64,000 bases of DNA from Octopus vulgaris (Eukaryota): assembly GCA_951406725.2 (NCBI GenBank), contig OX597814.1, positions 222,642,001 through 222,706,000 of the forward strand, read 5' to 3'. Made by a program: the position numbers and the translations under genes. Each line of letters starts with the position of its first letter. The first letter of the stretch is position 1. A model generated the notes under the pieces. It was not told the origin of the DNA and searched no databases. It saw only the letters and a list, made by a program, of their open reading frames with translations. Positions 1 to 14,876 of the stretch are shown here, in pieces.

Positions 1-2405
1 GAAGAGATGGTTGACACAAGTATAGAGAAATAATTTTCACCGGTCACAAAGGCTACCTTCACATTTCAACGTATCCTTTACGTGGAAACCATATCTGCTA
101 GAAATAGAGCCGAATCTCTCAAATAAAATTCCTGTTCTCTGAAACAAGGGGAGATATATTTAGCCAACTTATTTATGAACAAATGAAGGCTGGACTTTCA
201 CCGTTGGAATGCCTTTGATCATAGATATTTTCTGTCCGCGCTGACCCGTGACTAACAAGAATAACAAATGCTGCATACCCTTCGGAATCCATGAAGAAAA
301 TGCATTTGTCCATATTTGATTTTAGAACACGTGAGGCATAGTTATAGAGCAAGTTATTACGTAACATTAACACCAATAGCTTTCTCTTTTTCCTCAATAG
401 CTTCCCTTACAAAGGAAGAAATTAACTTCTTTGTCTTTTTTGGTTTTGAATATAAATATATTTAACGCAAAATTGCCAACTTTCTTTTATGTTTCATTCT
501 GAAAATAAAACATAGACATATCGTTGCTCTAACCAGATGTTTTATTGCATACATTTTGCAGAGTTGTTTGTGTAAACCATAGCTATAAATATCAAAATTA
601 AAGAAAAATAGAGGTCATTGATTACATATTGTTTGGCTACAAAAAAAAATTGGAAGAAGAAATACTATATATTTTCAATCTAGGCGAATCGTGAAGAAAC
701 CAATGTATTGAAAGATAGATTTTACGTAAGATTAATGATAAGATTAATGTGATACATCATATGAGTAGATTAATGTTCAAAAATTTAATTTATCTGTAGC
801 GTATCAGAAAGAAATGTTCCATTAGATTTTCCTTTGATGCAACGTCAGATACATAAATGAAACAGAATGCAAATAAAGTTACAGACACTTATTCCTATCA
901 CACACGTCTCTAATATGATTCATTATCAAATATTTGCTTAAATGTATTTAACGTTATCCTATCATTTACCTACACGTTAAGCCTGTAAGGGATAAAAATC
1001 TCAAGAAAAATGTCAGAAATTCACAGCTACGGTAACTATATCGTTTCACCTATGTTTCTGCTCCTTTCCCTGATAGAGCTTCTTTAAGCATTTTGATTTT
1101 TTCAGCTTAGTCTACGCCTAAATATCATTAAGCTATTTTCTCCTAGCTCGGTCTCTTCCCTTTTTACTATCTATTATTCACAATATGTATGATCGACCCA
1201 ATCATTATAACGCTGACACCGAAGCACTGTCTATTTTTCTACGCTTATATTAAATTCATGTTTCTTTCAACGACATTATAAAAAGATGAAACTATAAAAA
1301 AAAATTTTCTCAGTAAAAACTCCGTGACTCTTTTTCTTCTAATTTTTTTGGTTGGAATACAAAAGATTATAAGAGAGCCTTTAATTGGTCACTTGACATG
1401 CTAAAAATAGCAAAAATCACACACCACTGTTTAAATAGAGAAAACACTTTGGAATATATAGTCCTGTATATTCACAAAGAGATCAGATCCGAACGCCTTT
1501 GATCATGTGTCTGCTCTTTGAAAACTGAATAAAAGCTAAAAAAATGTTAATACAACAAAAGGCTGCAATAATGCCATTTTATTTTATTTTTATAATTCGC
1601 TGAATAGAATAATAAGGATAATAACTTATTGATTAGTTACAGTATATTTATGTGTCAGCTAACTAAATAGATTAATAATAGAAATCTAACAGAAAATATA
1701 TGGAAGGCAATGACTATATTTGTGATGTCTGGAATTTAAACAGCAAGAAAAGGAAGAAAATATTGGAAATAGACTTGTCTGGAAAGCAATCGATTTTACT
1801 CTCTTTCCTGGTAACTTCTTAAATACTATGCCGATCACCGAAAAGTACGAAAAGTATTACAATATTTAAAGAAATATTCTAACGCTGCAGTTTCTCAACG
1901 TCCAGATAATTACTAAAAACCACTATGAAATTGTTTTTAAATAGACTGAGAATACGTTTAACGTAGAGAAAATAGGCCCCATCTGAATAATTGATCTCAA
2001 GCGGGCATTGAACTCAATTCACTTAATAGAAATATATAAATGACGTTAGCTAAAAGAAAAGATAGGAGAAAAAAATATTTGAGTGATTTGCATGATGTTA
2101 AAAATGTGCGTGCTAGTTACCTTTATTTACTTACAATTCTTTAATTTACGAAATTTAATGCATGTCTCTCGTTAGGGAATCAAAGTTTGTTTTAAGTAAA
2201 GACATCGCTTGAGAAACCATACTTTCTCTAATCCCAATGAAGTTCAATCATTGCTCAGAGGAATACTCAAAGAGCACTTTCAAGGATTATACCGGCTATA
2301 GCACTGACTATTATGGAAACTGAATATGTGAAAGGCATCGTCAGACTGGAATTAACCAAATAACGGAAACTAAATTGTAAGATATTGTCAAATTAATTAT
2401 GCATA

Positions 2406-2820
2406 GGCGCAGGAGTAGCTGTGTGGTAAGTAGCTTGCTTACCAACCACATGGTTACGGGTTCAGTCCCACTGCGTGGTACCTTGGGCAAGTTTCTGCTA
2501 CAACAGCCTCAAGCCGACTAAAACCTTGTGAGTGGATTTGGTAGACGGAAACTGAAAGAAGCCCGTCGTATATATGTATACATATGTATGTATGTGTATA
2601 CGTTTGTATGCCTGCCTTTGTCCCCCCGACATCGCTTGACAATCGATGCTGGTTTCTTTACGTCCCCGTAATTTAGCGGTTCGGGAAAAGAGACCGATAG
2701 AATAAGTATTAGCCTTACAAAGTTTAAGTCCTGGGGTCGATTTGCTCGACTACTGGCGGTGCTACAGCATGGCCGCATCCAAATGACTGAAACAAGTAAA
2801 ATAATAAAAAGAAAAAGAAT
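2406..2820 (+). mobile_element. tRNA-derived SINE, family A (CORE-like segment, internal microsatellite)
   Basis: Pol III A-box-like AGCTGTGTGG and B-box-like GGTTCAGTCCC, then CCTTGGGCAAGT, internal (TA)/(TG) tract, tail GGCGGTGCTACAGCATGGCCGCA..GACTGAAAC and A-rich end; homologous to copies at 12152, 14273, 17253, 57751. Confidence 0.9.
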
Positions 2821-3181
2821 ATATTTCCAAAGACACGCATAAATATGCACGGCCATTACAAAAACCAAAATTACTGAAACAAGCAAAACTATGGCCCTAA
2901 ATTAAAATTATTGGACTTAGTTCTATGTCAGTAAACTCTTGAGAAAGAGAAGCACCGATGTCCGAACTACATTCTCCTACTGAATGTTATATATAACACA
3001 ACATACAATCGCACCTTCGATAGGTCTGCGGAAGTGACGCTCTAATTCCTAAAACCGGAAATGTTACGTGAATTTTCATTTGGAATTTTACGTGAACTCA
3101 CGTTGAAAGCAGATTTGATACAGAAACAATTGTAACTGATTGTTAAAGATGAGTAAAAGTATCTCTTTGTTTTCTTATTCG

Positions 3182-3221
<40 letters not shown>

Positions 3222-3399
3222 TGTCTTCGAAAAGTGGACTAGATGAAACAGGGACAACTGAAGAAAGGAAATATTCTTTATGTTGTATGTCTCGTTTCTC
3301 TGTTTGTTTCTTCGTTGTTCGAAAAAAAGTTTGTTTCTATATTTTTGTTTTATAGATTTCGTTTCTCATTGTGTTCAACGTTTTTTATGTCTTGTTCCC

Positions 3400-3484
3400 A
3401 TACATGCATGTATATATACATATATATGTAGGTATGTAGATATATGTATGTATATATACATATACCTATATATTATATTATATA

Positions 3485-3544
<60 letters not shown>
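3400..3544. repeat. (TA)n/(TATG)n microsatellite
   Basis: Direct inspection. Confidence 0.95.
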
Positions 3545-3545
<1 letters not shown>

Positions 3546-3690
3546 CACAATGAACCGCAAATTAACGTGATTTTTTCTAATTTCATTTTTATATGCTAAA
3601 TTCTCGAAATTCATTTCGGGGATTCAAGTGTATATATTCCTAGACATGCTGGTTTATGGCTGAGACCCAAATTGCAGGTAACCTTTCAAA
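3545..3690 (+). repeat. Dispersed repeat (probable transposon end), second copy at ~31149-31295
   Basis: TGAACCGCAAA..AACGTGATTTTT...ATGCTGGTTTATGGCTGAGAC.CAAATTG.AGGTAACCTTTCAA is shared by both loci. Confidence 0.75.
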
Positions 3691-3699
3691 ACAAATTGC

Positions 3700-4462
3700 T
3701 CATACCGATGAAACTATAGAAAGTGTCGAAAAGAGAACCGTAATTTACAAAAGTTGGACTGTTAAAGACATAAAGTTAGGGTGTAGCTTCTAAAGAAGTC
3801 ATGGAACTAGCTTTGAAACAAAAATTGAATGATGTAACGTTCTTAACAAGAGGAAGAAAATATGCAACGGTGGGAGTAACATTCAAATCCGAGGAGCTGG
3901 CGAAACTTCACTCTATAGAAACTCTAGGGACAGCAGAGGTGGTACTTTTACCAACTTACCTAAGAAGAAGAACGTCTAGGATAAAAGTAGGTGAAATACC
4001 ACCGGAAGTGAATGCAGGTTGTCTGATGGCAGCCATATGCTTTCGAATAGAAGAAAAATGGCAATCGTACAAGCAACAGTAACAGTGTCAAAATTGGCAA
4101 GGGAAGGAGATAGAGATTATTGTTCGAGCTTTCCCTGTCGACCTTTAGAATATAATAGAGGTTATCGAGGTGGGGGAAAACAAGCTCCGAATAATAGTTG
4201 AAGGGAGGAAGCCTCGGTGTTTTAGATGTGGTCAGCTAGGCCACATCAGAGTCGAGTGCAAACTTCCCCAAAACAAGCAACGAATACCCGACTCCCAGAA
4301 GAATCTGCAAATGTGAAATCACCATCATCACCAGAATCATCACCAAGATCAACAGAAGAAACTGAAGGAGAAATGTCAGAAAATACAGAAGAAGGGAAGT
4401 GGAAACAACAAAGGAAGCCAAAAACAGCAAAAGAGAAAAAAATTGTCAACCTGCACCGTTGA
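3700..4462 (+). pseudogene. Decayed retrotransposon ORF1/gag-like protein with CCHC zinc knuckle
   Basis: The frame continuing ORF 3801-4082 through stops reads ..LRIIVEGRKPRCFRCGQLGHIRVECK (CX2CX4HX4C, ~4203-4262), followed by a low-complexity S/P/E/K-rich tail. Confidence 0.7.
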
Positions 4463-4660
4463 GCCCGACATTGAAAAAAAGCACAGACACCACATTGGGG
4501 ATTAGAGCTTCTTTAATTGGGAATTACAGCTACGATTGGCTTCGTGTTCGGAAGAAGTAAGAAAATATCCCAGTGCCTTAATTTATGAAGCTGATCACAT
4601 GGAGGAAAGGTATACATCTCCATTTGATATATATATATATATATACATACACATACATCG

Positions 4661-5061
4661 TAAATATATATTTGCCAACTGTATGTGACGGTCCCATATA
4701 GGGCGGTGTTACTGTTATTTTTAGCCCCGGGAAGACATCTCCTCCAGCTGGCTAACGACACACTGGCTGTGTCAGATTAGTATTAGCGACGGGAGGTCTT
4801 CCATCTCTAGGCTTACGTGATACACACAGACCCGTCTACAGTGTATAAATAATCATCGGCAAAATACAATATGCGCTTTCCAGAGACAAAATATCGCTGG
4901 TCTCGAAAAGTGAGAAATAAGCTACGTTAAATCTCTAACAGTGATTGTACGGAATTGTAAAATATATTTGCCAACTGAATGTAGCGGTCCTTCAAAGGAA
5001 GGTGTTACTGTTGTTTTTAGCCCCAAGACGACATCTCCTCCAACTGGCTAACGACATACTG
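4661..5061. repeat. Diverged ~105-bp direct repeat pair (4661-4764 and 4959-5061)
   Basis: ATATTTGCCAACTG..CGGTCC..GGTGTTACTGTT.TTTTTAGCCCC..GACATCTCCTCCA.CTGGCTAACGACA.ACTG occurs twice. Confidence 0.85.
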
Positions 5062-5665
5062 TATCCGGTATAAATGTATGCATGCATATATGCATGGACC
5101 ATGTCAAAATTTCCAGCACGCCAGTGAGAATATTCACTAGCATTTCGGGTGTCTTTACGCCCTGATTTCAAATTTTCCCTTTCCACTTTTCGGAGTCTGT
5201 AAAATAACCACCAGTTGAGCGGTGGATTCAATGTAATCGACGAGTTCCTCCAAATTTTCAGGCATTTTGCATACCTAAAGGTGTTTGGATATGTATTTTG
5301 ATACATATCCAAACACCTTTCTAAAATACCTGTATCCTCAGTGAAGTCGCCATTATTCATTACTTTCTTTCATAAGAAGCTTAATGGCAATAAATGTGTA
5401 ATTCGCTCCTTGTACTTCATTTGAAACAGCAATTATTTTGCAACATACATCTCACACATTCTAAAATTTTTGTAAGAAATCACCGTTTTGATATTTTCAA
5501 ACTTATGCATGTGTGCGCGCATGTGTGTGTCTGTGCGTGTGTGCATGCGTGTATGTGTGCATGCGTGTATGTGTCTATGCGTGAGTGCCTGCGATTATTT
5601 CTATGCGTATCTCTACATTCATATGTTGGTATATATATAGATATATGTGTGTGTGTATACACACT

Positions 5666-5731
<66 letters not shown>

Positions 5732-5884
5732 CGCACACACTCTGGGAAGGAGGAAAAACAAAACCAAAATGCTAAGTGTTTCATTGAATGGATATCATTT
5801 ACTTCATAAGTGCATTTTATGCCAATAAGAGCAGTTCATTTTTTTCATACAGCTGTGATTTTTTCTTCACTGATTCACACAAAG

Positions 5885-5927
<43 letters not shown>

Positions 5928-6776
5928 GACATACACACACACCCACACGCACAGACATATACATGTATATATATCCACGCAAATGTATGTGTATATGTAT
6001 GTATATATGTATGTATGCATGTATGTACATATGTAAATATGCATGTATATGTGCTTATGTGTATTGTGGGTGTGTTAATTAAAATTTTTTTTATAAAAGG
6101 CTGCAGTAAATTAAAACGAAACATGAGGAGTTATTTCCGTTACAGAACACAATGAGAGTATGCTGCTTAAATAAAATAACATTTACTCAATTTTCATATA
6201 TTCCTATGTCTATAAATTGAAAAAAAACCTATTGAAGAAGCCAAATATAAGGACATTCAATTTAATAACGTTATTAATTTGTAGAATGAGCTGTGGATTA
6301 TGAATGTTGTGCAAAGGGATTTTGTTGAATATATGAACAAAAACTGCCAACGCTGATTATACACTGAAACTGTTAACTGCAAATTTCTAATATGTTAGTG
6401 TTTCAATGGTTTAGCTGATGTTTCGTTTGAAAAAAGGGAACATAAAAAGGATCATCCTTAAAAAAAAAAAAGGTTTTGCTCCTTCATAGCATTTAAATTA
6501 AAGAGGGGAAAAAAACCTAAGAATTATAAAGATTCTCTTATATGAACACATAGCAAACAAATGGAAGGAATTTTGTCGTCTTACCAATTTCATAAGATAT
6601 TCCTTTAACACGAAAAGGCAATATTCGGAATGATATTTTTAATATGACTTCAGAGAAATGGCTATTTTTATACCTCACACACACACACACATACACACAC
6701 ACATATGCGTTCGAATGTCCGTGTTTGTGTATGTGTGTGTTTATGAGTATGTGTGTATGCATGAATATATGTATAC

Positions 6777-6811
<35 letters not shown>

Positions 6812-8093
6812 TATATATGTATATATACATATACATATATATATACCTATATATATATATACATACATTTATACATATATATATACATACATGCATATTC
6901 ATATATATACATATATACATATATATACACGTACATACATATTCATATATATATATACATATATATATATTTACACACACACACATATATATATGGATGG
7001 ATGGTGATGGGTATATACGTATATGTGTGCATGCTTTTGCGTGTATCTAAACATACGTAAATATTTAATCATATACACGTCATGTTAAGGAACATTACGA
7101 AAGAAAATTGCTATAAACAACATTTCTGATTGCAAAGGAAGAATATATTTACAAATTTGCAAGAAAAATGCCTTCAGTTTATATAGGAAAGTAGGAAAAA
7201 AGGCCCAAAATAATACATATAAAACTGTACAAGTTTTTGATATCGCTTACGGTATCATTAATGGATGCAGGAATTATAAAGCAGGCCTCAGGTTTTCGTT
7301 TTTTGTTGCTGTTTTTTCTTTCTCTTTTTTTTTTTTGGTTTTTCTGCTTTTTTTTCTACGAATGCCTCTTGAATAGAGGAACAAATATTTGGTATAATGC
7401 ACTTACAGATTTCTTTTTCATATCCTTTGATCTGAAATAATGTCCAAATGAACTCTTCTGCGACATTTACAGAATGTAATGTTGGGTATCTTATTGTTCA
7501 GAAAACGTTTGTGTGGAGACATGGTTGTCATAAATAACAAACAGAAAATATAATAAATAACGTACAAATATATATATAAATCACCAATACGCATCGGAGT
7601 TTAGTGTTATTAGATTTATTTTTCTTTTTGATTGAAAATTCTTTAAAGAAACTGCGAAACTCTATTGCGTATCAAATAATCTCTTGCAGGCAAAAGAATA
7701 AAAGCAAATCTCAAGTGTGTTTTCAGTTTCTTTATCATAATACGTAAACTACATCTATTCATGCTATCGTTACATAAAAAACATTCTATAATACAGTAGC
7801 GTTGGGCATAGATAGGAGACATCTACACTCGTAAGATTTGCATATATAAACACAACTTACGTAGATGTTGCTATTGAGTAGATCATTTATCTCATCTGAT
7901 AGTTTTGACTGCAAACAAACTGGCAGATGAAAAAAAAAAAGGCTAGAATGAATGGCTTCAGGTAACACTGCCAACTTTAACTCATTCGATTATTGGTAGT
8001 TAATACAACAATATCAGCCGCAATAACTACTACTGCTGATATTGTTCAGTGATAATATGATCATGATAATAATGATGATGACGACGGTCATAA

Positions 8094-8582
<489 letters not shown>

Positions 8583-9879
8583 TTTCAGTAAATATAATAT
8601 GTGTTTCAAATTTATGTATACAAGTATCCTCTAATTTACGTATACTAACATGGTTGTAATTAAGATACATATATATACAGATTATGTTTTGAAATGTCAA
8701 GTACTATTTAAGGTAAATTTATGCACATATCTATATAAACAAATAAAGATACTTGCGTACGCGTGCTTTTATGTATGTGTGTGTATACATACATAGATAT
8801 ATATGTGTGTGTGAGTGTGTGTATGTATGTATGCATATATGGAGTAAGTTATGTATTGGGCATATTGATATACTTGCTTACTATTTTATATACAAGAATC
8901 CGAACAGTTAAAAATCAATCTGTTGATTATATATCGAAAACTAATATAGTGCGTGGAGATGCTGTTATACCACATGTAATCTTCTGGTGAATATATTAAT
9001 GAGTGTGAATACAATACACTTCTGAAAAGAAATTCAGTTCCTTTTCTTACCGAGACTGTCTATTATCAACAAACATTAAGCTAAGAGGTAAGACCTACGA
9101 GCAATAAATCAACTAACGCGAAAATAATATGAATTAAGACTTAAATGTAAAATGTAATATTAAATTGGCCAACATAGCTTAACTATTATTGGTTTCATAC
9201 ATTTCAGAGCAAAAGCTATTTGGACGCCAGTTGCAGCAAAATTAAAAGCAAATCTTTAAAACATACGTATAGTTATTCAATAGAAATCTTGATGGTTGGG
9301 TTTAGCTTCTAATTCAAGTGACCGAGGGTGGAATACAACACATGAATTTCTTGGCATATGCAATATTAATGTGTGTATAAACAGGCGAGTATGAGGTAAG
9401 AATAGATTAGTTTTATGTTTCGGAGAGCAACACATAACGGATAATATATGTTACAAAGTCAGGAATCCATGTGGAGAAGAAAACGAAGTTAATGCTCAGA
9501 AAATTCTTTTAAATGTTAGTAAATTTTATTAAATGCAATGAAAAATCGAAATAATAATCTTAATTTACATTTTCTTTTGGTTTCTTCTTTATAATCGTTA
9601 GACTGTTCTTGTAGGGCATTATCAGTGGGAATCTAGAACTCTAGTATATTGCTGTAATGTTAATAAACGTGTTAATGATAATGAATATTTATTGATTAAT
9701 TCAAAGAAAATTATTTGAAAATAAATACACTCGAGGCAACTTTAGTATGATAAATCTATACCTGGGGGAATGCAGAAATTGAGTATGCAAATAAGAAATG
9801 TTTCTTTTGCTTTTCTAGCATCAGAAGATTGTAAGCATTCTGTCTTTTCGGAAATAATACATCTAGGTCTACATTATCG

Positions 9880-10130
9880 CGTCCGGAAAATTGGCCGTAC
9901 GAATTTTCGCCGTATATGATATTTGGCCCTATGAAAAATTCGTCGAATGGACAATGATAATGCGTGTTGCATCAACATTTTTTAAGAAAAAAGGAAAAAG
10001 TGAATGATAAATAATAAAAGCTAATGCTTTTATGAAATAGAATGGGCAAGTTTATATTAAACTCCAAGCATTAAAAATGGGAAGAGGTGATTTAAAACGA
10101 AATTTCTTACGGCGAATTTCTATAACCCTG
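9880..10130. mobile_element. Possible MITE relic with subterminal repeats
   Basis: Repeated AAATT(T/G)GCCGTA-like units at the left end and inverted TACGGCGAATTT at ~10108-10120. Confidence 0.35.
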
Positions 10131-10419
10131 AGTTATACAATGTCACGCATTTTTATACGGCAATGTGTGATTTGATGGAGATTTGTCTCTTATTCCCAGT
10201 AATATTAGTGACCACAGAAAAGCTCCTTAGTTAATTCGAGTATGAGTTATTTGTATTCAAAACTGCTATAAATGTGGCGATAGCAGCATGGTCGCACAGC
10301 TGGGCAATATAACTAATAAACTTCAGTTTTTCTGGTATCAATTTCTTCCTCAAAGGCGGTTGAAAAAGATGATTGGCAGAAATTCACAAAAACATATCCT
10401 TTCTTTTTATTTTTATTTT

Positions 10420-11478
10420 CTAGCGCTACTTCAACGTCAGATGCTCCTCCATTCAACTTGTTGAAAAGCATCTAAGCCCAGGTCGGGAGAATAAGGTGGG
10501 TGGGGAATTTTATTCCAACAACGCTCTTCGATCTTCTGTGATGTGATCATTTCAGTGTGGGGTCGTGCATTTTCCTGATGAAACATCACTCCTTTTCCAT
10601 TCACTAAAGCAGTTTTTTTCTTCAAAGCTAGGTTCAAACGCTCTAATTGCTGACAGTAGACTGGAGCATTAATTGTTGCATTAGGTGGTAACAATTCAAA
10701 GTGAATTACTCCTTTCCAATCCCACCAGATAGAGAGAAGAACTGTTTTCACATGATGTTCCCTTCTCGGTTGTGGTTGAGTTTTTCCCCTTTTACCAAGC
10801 CACTGTTTACAACGTTTAACATTTCGATGGAATATCTATTTATTGAGACCATTCTCTCCAAAAAGCGTGAAATGAGTTCGCGAGAATGGAGAGAAGAGCA
10901 GATGTCAACTCGGAATTAGAAGTTGCTTTCGAACAATTCATGAGGCACCCATTTTTCAAGTTTAGGAACCTTTCCAAGTTGTTGAAAATGACGATGAACA
11001 GTTGTATGGTTTGAACTAATCTTTATTGCCATTTCTTCAACTGATAATGCAGGATTTTCTTCAAGTAATGCCTCAAGGAGCTTATCATCAAACTCAACTG
11101 GACGTCCTATTCGATCTTCATCTTCAAGGGTGAAACCTCTACTTCGGAATTTTGCAAACCATCTTCTGCAAGTTCTTTCATTCAAGCATTCTTTCCCATA
11201 AACTGAGTGTATGTTTCGAGTCGCTTCGGCTGCAGAGTTTCCTTTTTTTTTGTACTGATGAAGTATTATGTGCCATAAATGCTCTTTGGATACTTCCATT
11301 TTAGAAAGGGTTTTAATCAAAGAAATTTCAATTCTATTATTCTGTAAAACAATATTTAATTATTTAAATGTACAGAAATGCATAAAAATAATTTTAAATT
11401 GCATTAGACATTCTAAAATAATATCAAATTTCATTCAATTTTTAAAAAGGTAAAATCGGACAGAACTTATGGGATGAC

Positions 11479-11482
<4 letters not shown>
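10420..11482 (-). mobile_element. Mariner DNA transposon, frameshifted, 3' end lost
   Basis: HTH region (GNSAAEATRNIHSVYG..RTCRRWFAKFR), WVPHEL and HPPYSPDL motifs in ORFs 10916-11320 and 10437-10751; 5' TIR TCAGGTCATCCCATAAGTTCTG abuts TA at 11483; other TIR not found. Confidence 0.92.
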
Positions 11483-11514
<32 letters not shown>

Positions 11515-11639
11515 TATACTATAAATATATATATATATATATCCATGTATGTACATATATACGCATATATTCTTATGTACATACACACACACATATACAT
11601 GAATGCTTCTATATATATATATGAAAGTATTTGGTTGTG

Positions 11640-11684
<45 letters not shown>

Positions 11685-12151
11685 TGCCTACATACACCCT
11701 AATATATATATATACATAAATGTAAATACGTGTGCGCCCATGTGAATATGTGTTTTATCAGTCATGAATGTCTTTAATGGTGATAAAAACAATTATATGT
11801 CATTAGCAACTTATCGAACGATTTTATTTGTGCCACTGGGGACAACATAGATGAAGGGAGAGGTTGAACGATTCCTGCGTACAGGTGTTTGCTGTGAATT
11901 GGATGGTAATCAGTCTTGCTAATGATCTGCGTGTCAGTAGGCTGTTGTCTACTGGAAAAAAGAATAAAATTTACAACCTACAAAAAACTTCCTTCAGTCA
12001 ATTTAATGAACGTCTTTATTAAAGAAAAAAGAAAGCAAAACCTATAATAGCAAAATGCAGTCACGATTTACAATAGATTGAATGAGAAGGAGCTAGACTG
12101 AAGCATAATGCTAAACACAGCACGATTGGCTACGAATTTAATAAAAAAGAC

Positions 12152-12304
12152 TGGCTGTGTGGTAAGTAGCTTGCTAACCAACCACGTGATTCCGGGTTCA
12201 GTCCCACTGCGTGGCATCTTGGGCAAGTGTCTTCTGCTATAGCCCCGGGCCGACCAATGCCTTGTGAGTGGATTTGGTAGACGGAAACTGAAAGAAGCCC
12301 GTCG

Positions 12305-12400
<96 letters not shown>

Positions 12401-12620
12401 TGTTTGTGTGTTTGTCCCCATAGCATTGCTTGACAACCGATGCTGGTGTGTTTACGTCCCCGTCACTTAGCGGTTCGGCAAAAGAGACCGATAGAATAAG
12501 TACTGGGCTTACAAAAGAATAAGTCCCGGGGTCGAGTTGCTCGATTAAAGGCGGTGCTCCAGCATGGCCGCAGTCAAATGACTGAAACAAGTAAAAGAGT
12601 AAAAGAGTAAAAGAGTAAAG
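12152..12620 (+). mobile_element. SINE family A, young copy with long internal (TA)n(TG)n
   Basis: Near-identical to the 17253 copy; (AAAGAGT)n-type tail. Confidence 0.92.
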
Positions 12621-13794
12621 AGTATACGATAAGGTCGATGAGTAGGTAGAAGAACTAGTAAGGAACTTTGCCAATTGTTTTATTGCATTAGTTTTCGTCT
12701 TTTTTTTTTTTAATGTTTCTGGGACAAGTCTTAACCAAATTAACTCTACATGTCAAAGACAGTAAAATAAAAACTCGTCTTCATAAAGTATTTACTGGGT
12801 TGAAGGTAAATGCCTATTTCTTAGCAGGACGCACCTGGAAATTGTCACATTCCAATGATTGAAACCAGTAAATGAATAGGAGATAAAATAACGCTGTACT
12901 TATTCAGTCTGTTGCTGCTTCATTAATTTAATTTAGCTAATAATATCTTTTATACAGCATTGGAAAGCGAATCATTTTCATTAGCGTAATGTAGTTTCAT
13001 ATTTATATAATTTACACATTTATTACTATTTACAATACATTATATCGATTTGTGCTAACATATTTATTTCGTAAAAGATAAATTATTTATAATACAAACA
13101 GTTATACATTTACGACACACAAGCTCAATAGATATACATAAAAGAGGCTGTAATAATACGCATTGTATGGCCAATGTGGAAATAATTTTGATGTGACACT
13201 TATAGTTAGCAGCTGTCCGCAACAAGTCAACGTAGATCAACTTCCTGCCACCACAATGCATTTCGTTGTGGCAATGTCAGCGGTAATCGTGTTCTTATCA
13301 TTGTTTTTTAGTTCAACAATAACACTATTCCATTAAATATATATGACCTAAAAATTTTGAATCGTGACCATCTTGCTGCTTTGTAAATCAGAAATTATAT
13401 TATTCTAGTAATACTCGTTTGCCTATTACTATAGAATACGATTTCAGTGCGATTTAGCTAATGGTTCTACGAAGAAAAAGCTAAAGTACAAAAAGTTCTT
13501 TCAAAATTTATGACATTTTGGAATACAAAAGGTCACATTATTTCACATTCTTGACGGAATCATCGGAATTAGAATTATTCTAAGCAGTGTTGTTTGTAAA
13601 CGGTTATGACTGATATATAATCCTAGCAGTACCATGATCGCTGTTAACGGTTGACAATTTTGGCCAAACTCAATGAATGTAGATAAACTTCTGTTAGTCA
13701 AATTTACTGTATTCGGTTGATCCTCACTTCAGTAAATCCAAAACCGTTGTAAAAACTGCATAGTATCGGTAGAGAAGTAATAATAAATTAATTC

Positions 13795-13861
13795 TATTTT
13801 ATTTTTTATTTTATTTTATGTAGTTTCAGCTCACGAGCTGCGGCCATGCTGGGGCACCGCC
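13795..13861 (-). mobile_element. Isolated retroposon 3' tail (severely 5'-truncated copy)
   Basis: Minus strand GGCGGTGCCCCAGCATGGCCGCAGCTCGTGAGCTGAAAC + (TAAAA)n; same tail as SINE families A and B. Confidence 0.75.
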
Positions 13862-13877
13862 ATTAAATATAAATATA

Positions 13878-14132
13878 AGAACAGAGCTTTGCGCATCCAA
13901 GTTTCATTATACAGTCAATCACATCTTTCTTTGTCAGGATCTACGCGCGTTTCCGCTGCGAACTAGTGCACACTGCAAATTGTGCATCTTGATTGATAAT
14001 TACTGGTGCAGCTTAAAACCAAGATGCCCAATTTGCAATGTGCACCGGCTTGCAGCGGTAACACGCGTAAGTCCTTACAAGATAGATGTGATTAACTCTA
14101 TAATAAAACTTGGATGTGTAAATCTTTCTTCT
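13878..14132. mobile_element. Diverged fold-back palindrome with hammerhead 3' half (PLE pLTR-like)
   Basis: Arms ~13878-13994 and ~14017-14132 are imperfect reverse complements; the left arm read on minus gives GCAGCG-GAAA-CGCGCG-TA. Confidence 0.7.
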
Positions 14133-14142
14133 CCTGACATAT

Positions 14143-14587
<445 letters not shown>

Positions 14588-14612
14588 TATATATATATAT
14601 ATATATATATGT

Positions 14613-14843
14613 AGAGGCGCAATGGCCTAGTGGTTAGGGCAGCGGACTCGCGGTCGCAGGATCGCGGTTTCGATTCTCAGACCGGGCGTTGTGTGTGTTT
14701 ATTGAGCGAAAACACCTAAAAGCTCTACGAGGCTCCGGCAGGGGGTGGTGATCCCTGCTGTACTCTTTCACCACAATGGCGGTGCCCCAGCATGGCCACA
14801 GCTCAAGAGCTGAAACTGGAAAAACAAAAACAAAACAAACAAA

Positions 14844-14850
<7 letters not shown>
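14613..14850 (+). mobile_element. tRNA-derived SINE, family B
   Basis: GGCGCAATGGCCTAGTGGTTAGGGC (A box), GTTTCGATTC (B box), tail GGCGGTGCCCCAGCATGGCC.CAGCTC..GAGCTGAAAC, (AAAAC)n; lies within (TA)n. Confidence 0.85.

Positions 14851-14876
<26 letters not shown>

Noticed and set aside
40-1555. Similar segments at ~40-270 and ~1380-1555 (GCTA.AAATAG.., GCCTTTGATCAT)
   Set aside because: Probably an old dispersed repeat, but boundaries and class cannot be defined.
3217-3400. Short insert in (TA)n with TGTC..GAAAC..GACA and a T-rich tail
   Set aside because: Layout resembles the solo pLTRs, but core and stem II cannot be reconstructed.
14613-14690. Possible tRNA gene
   Set aside because: The tRNA-like head continues into a SINE body and shared tail; acceptor stem not convincing.
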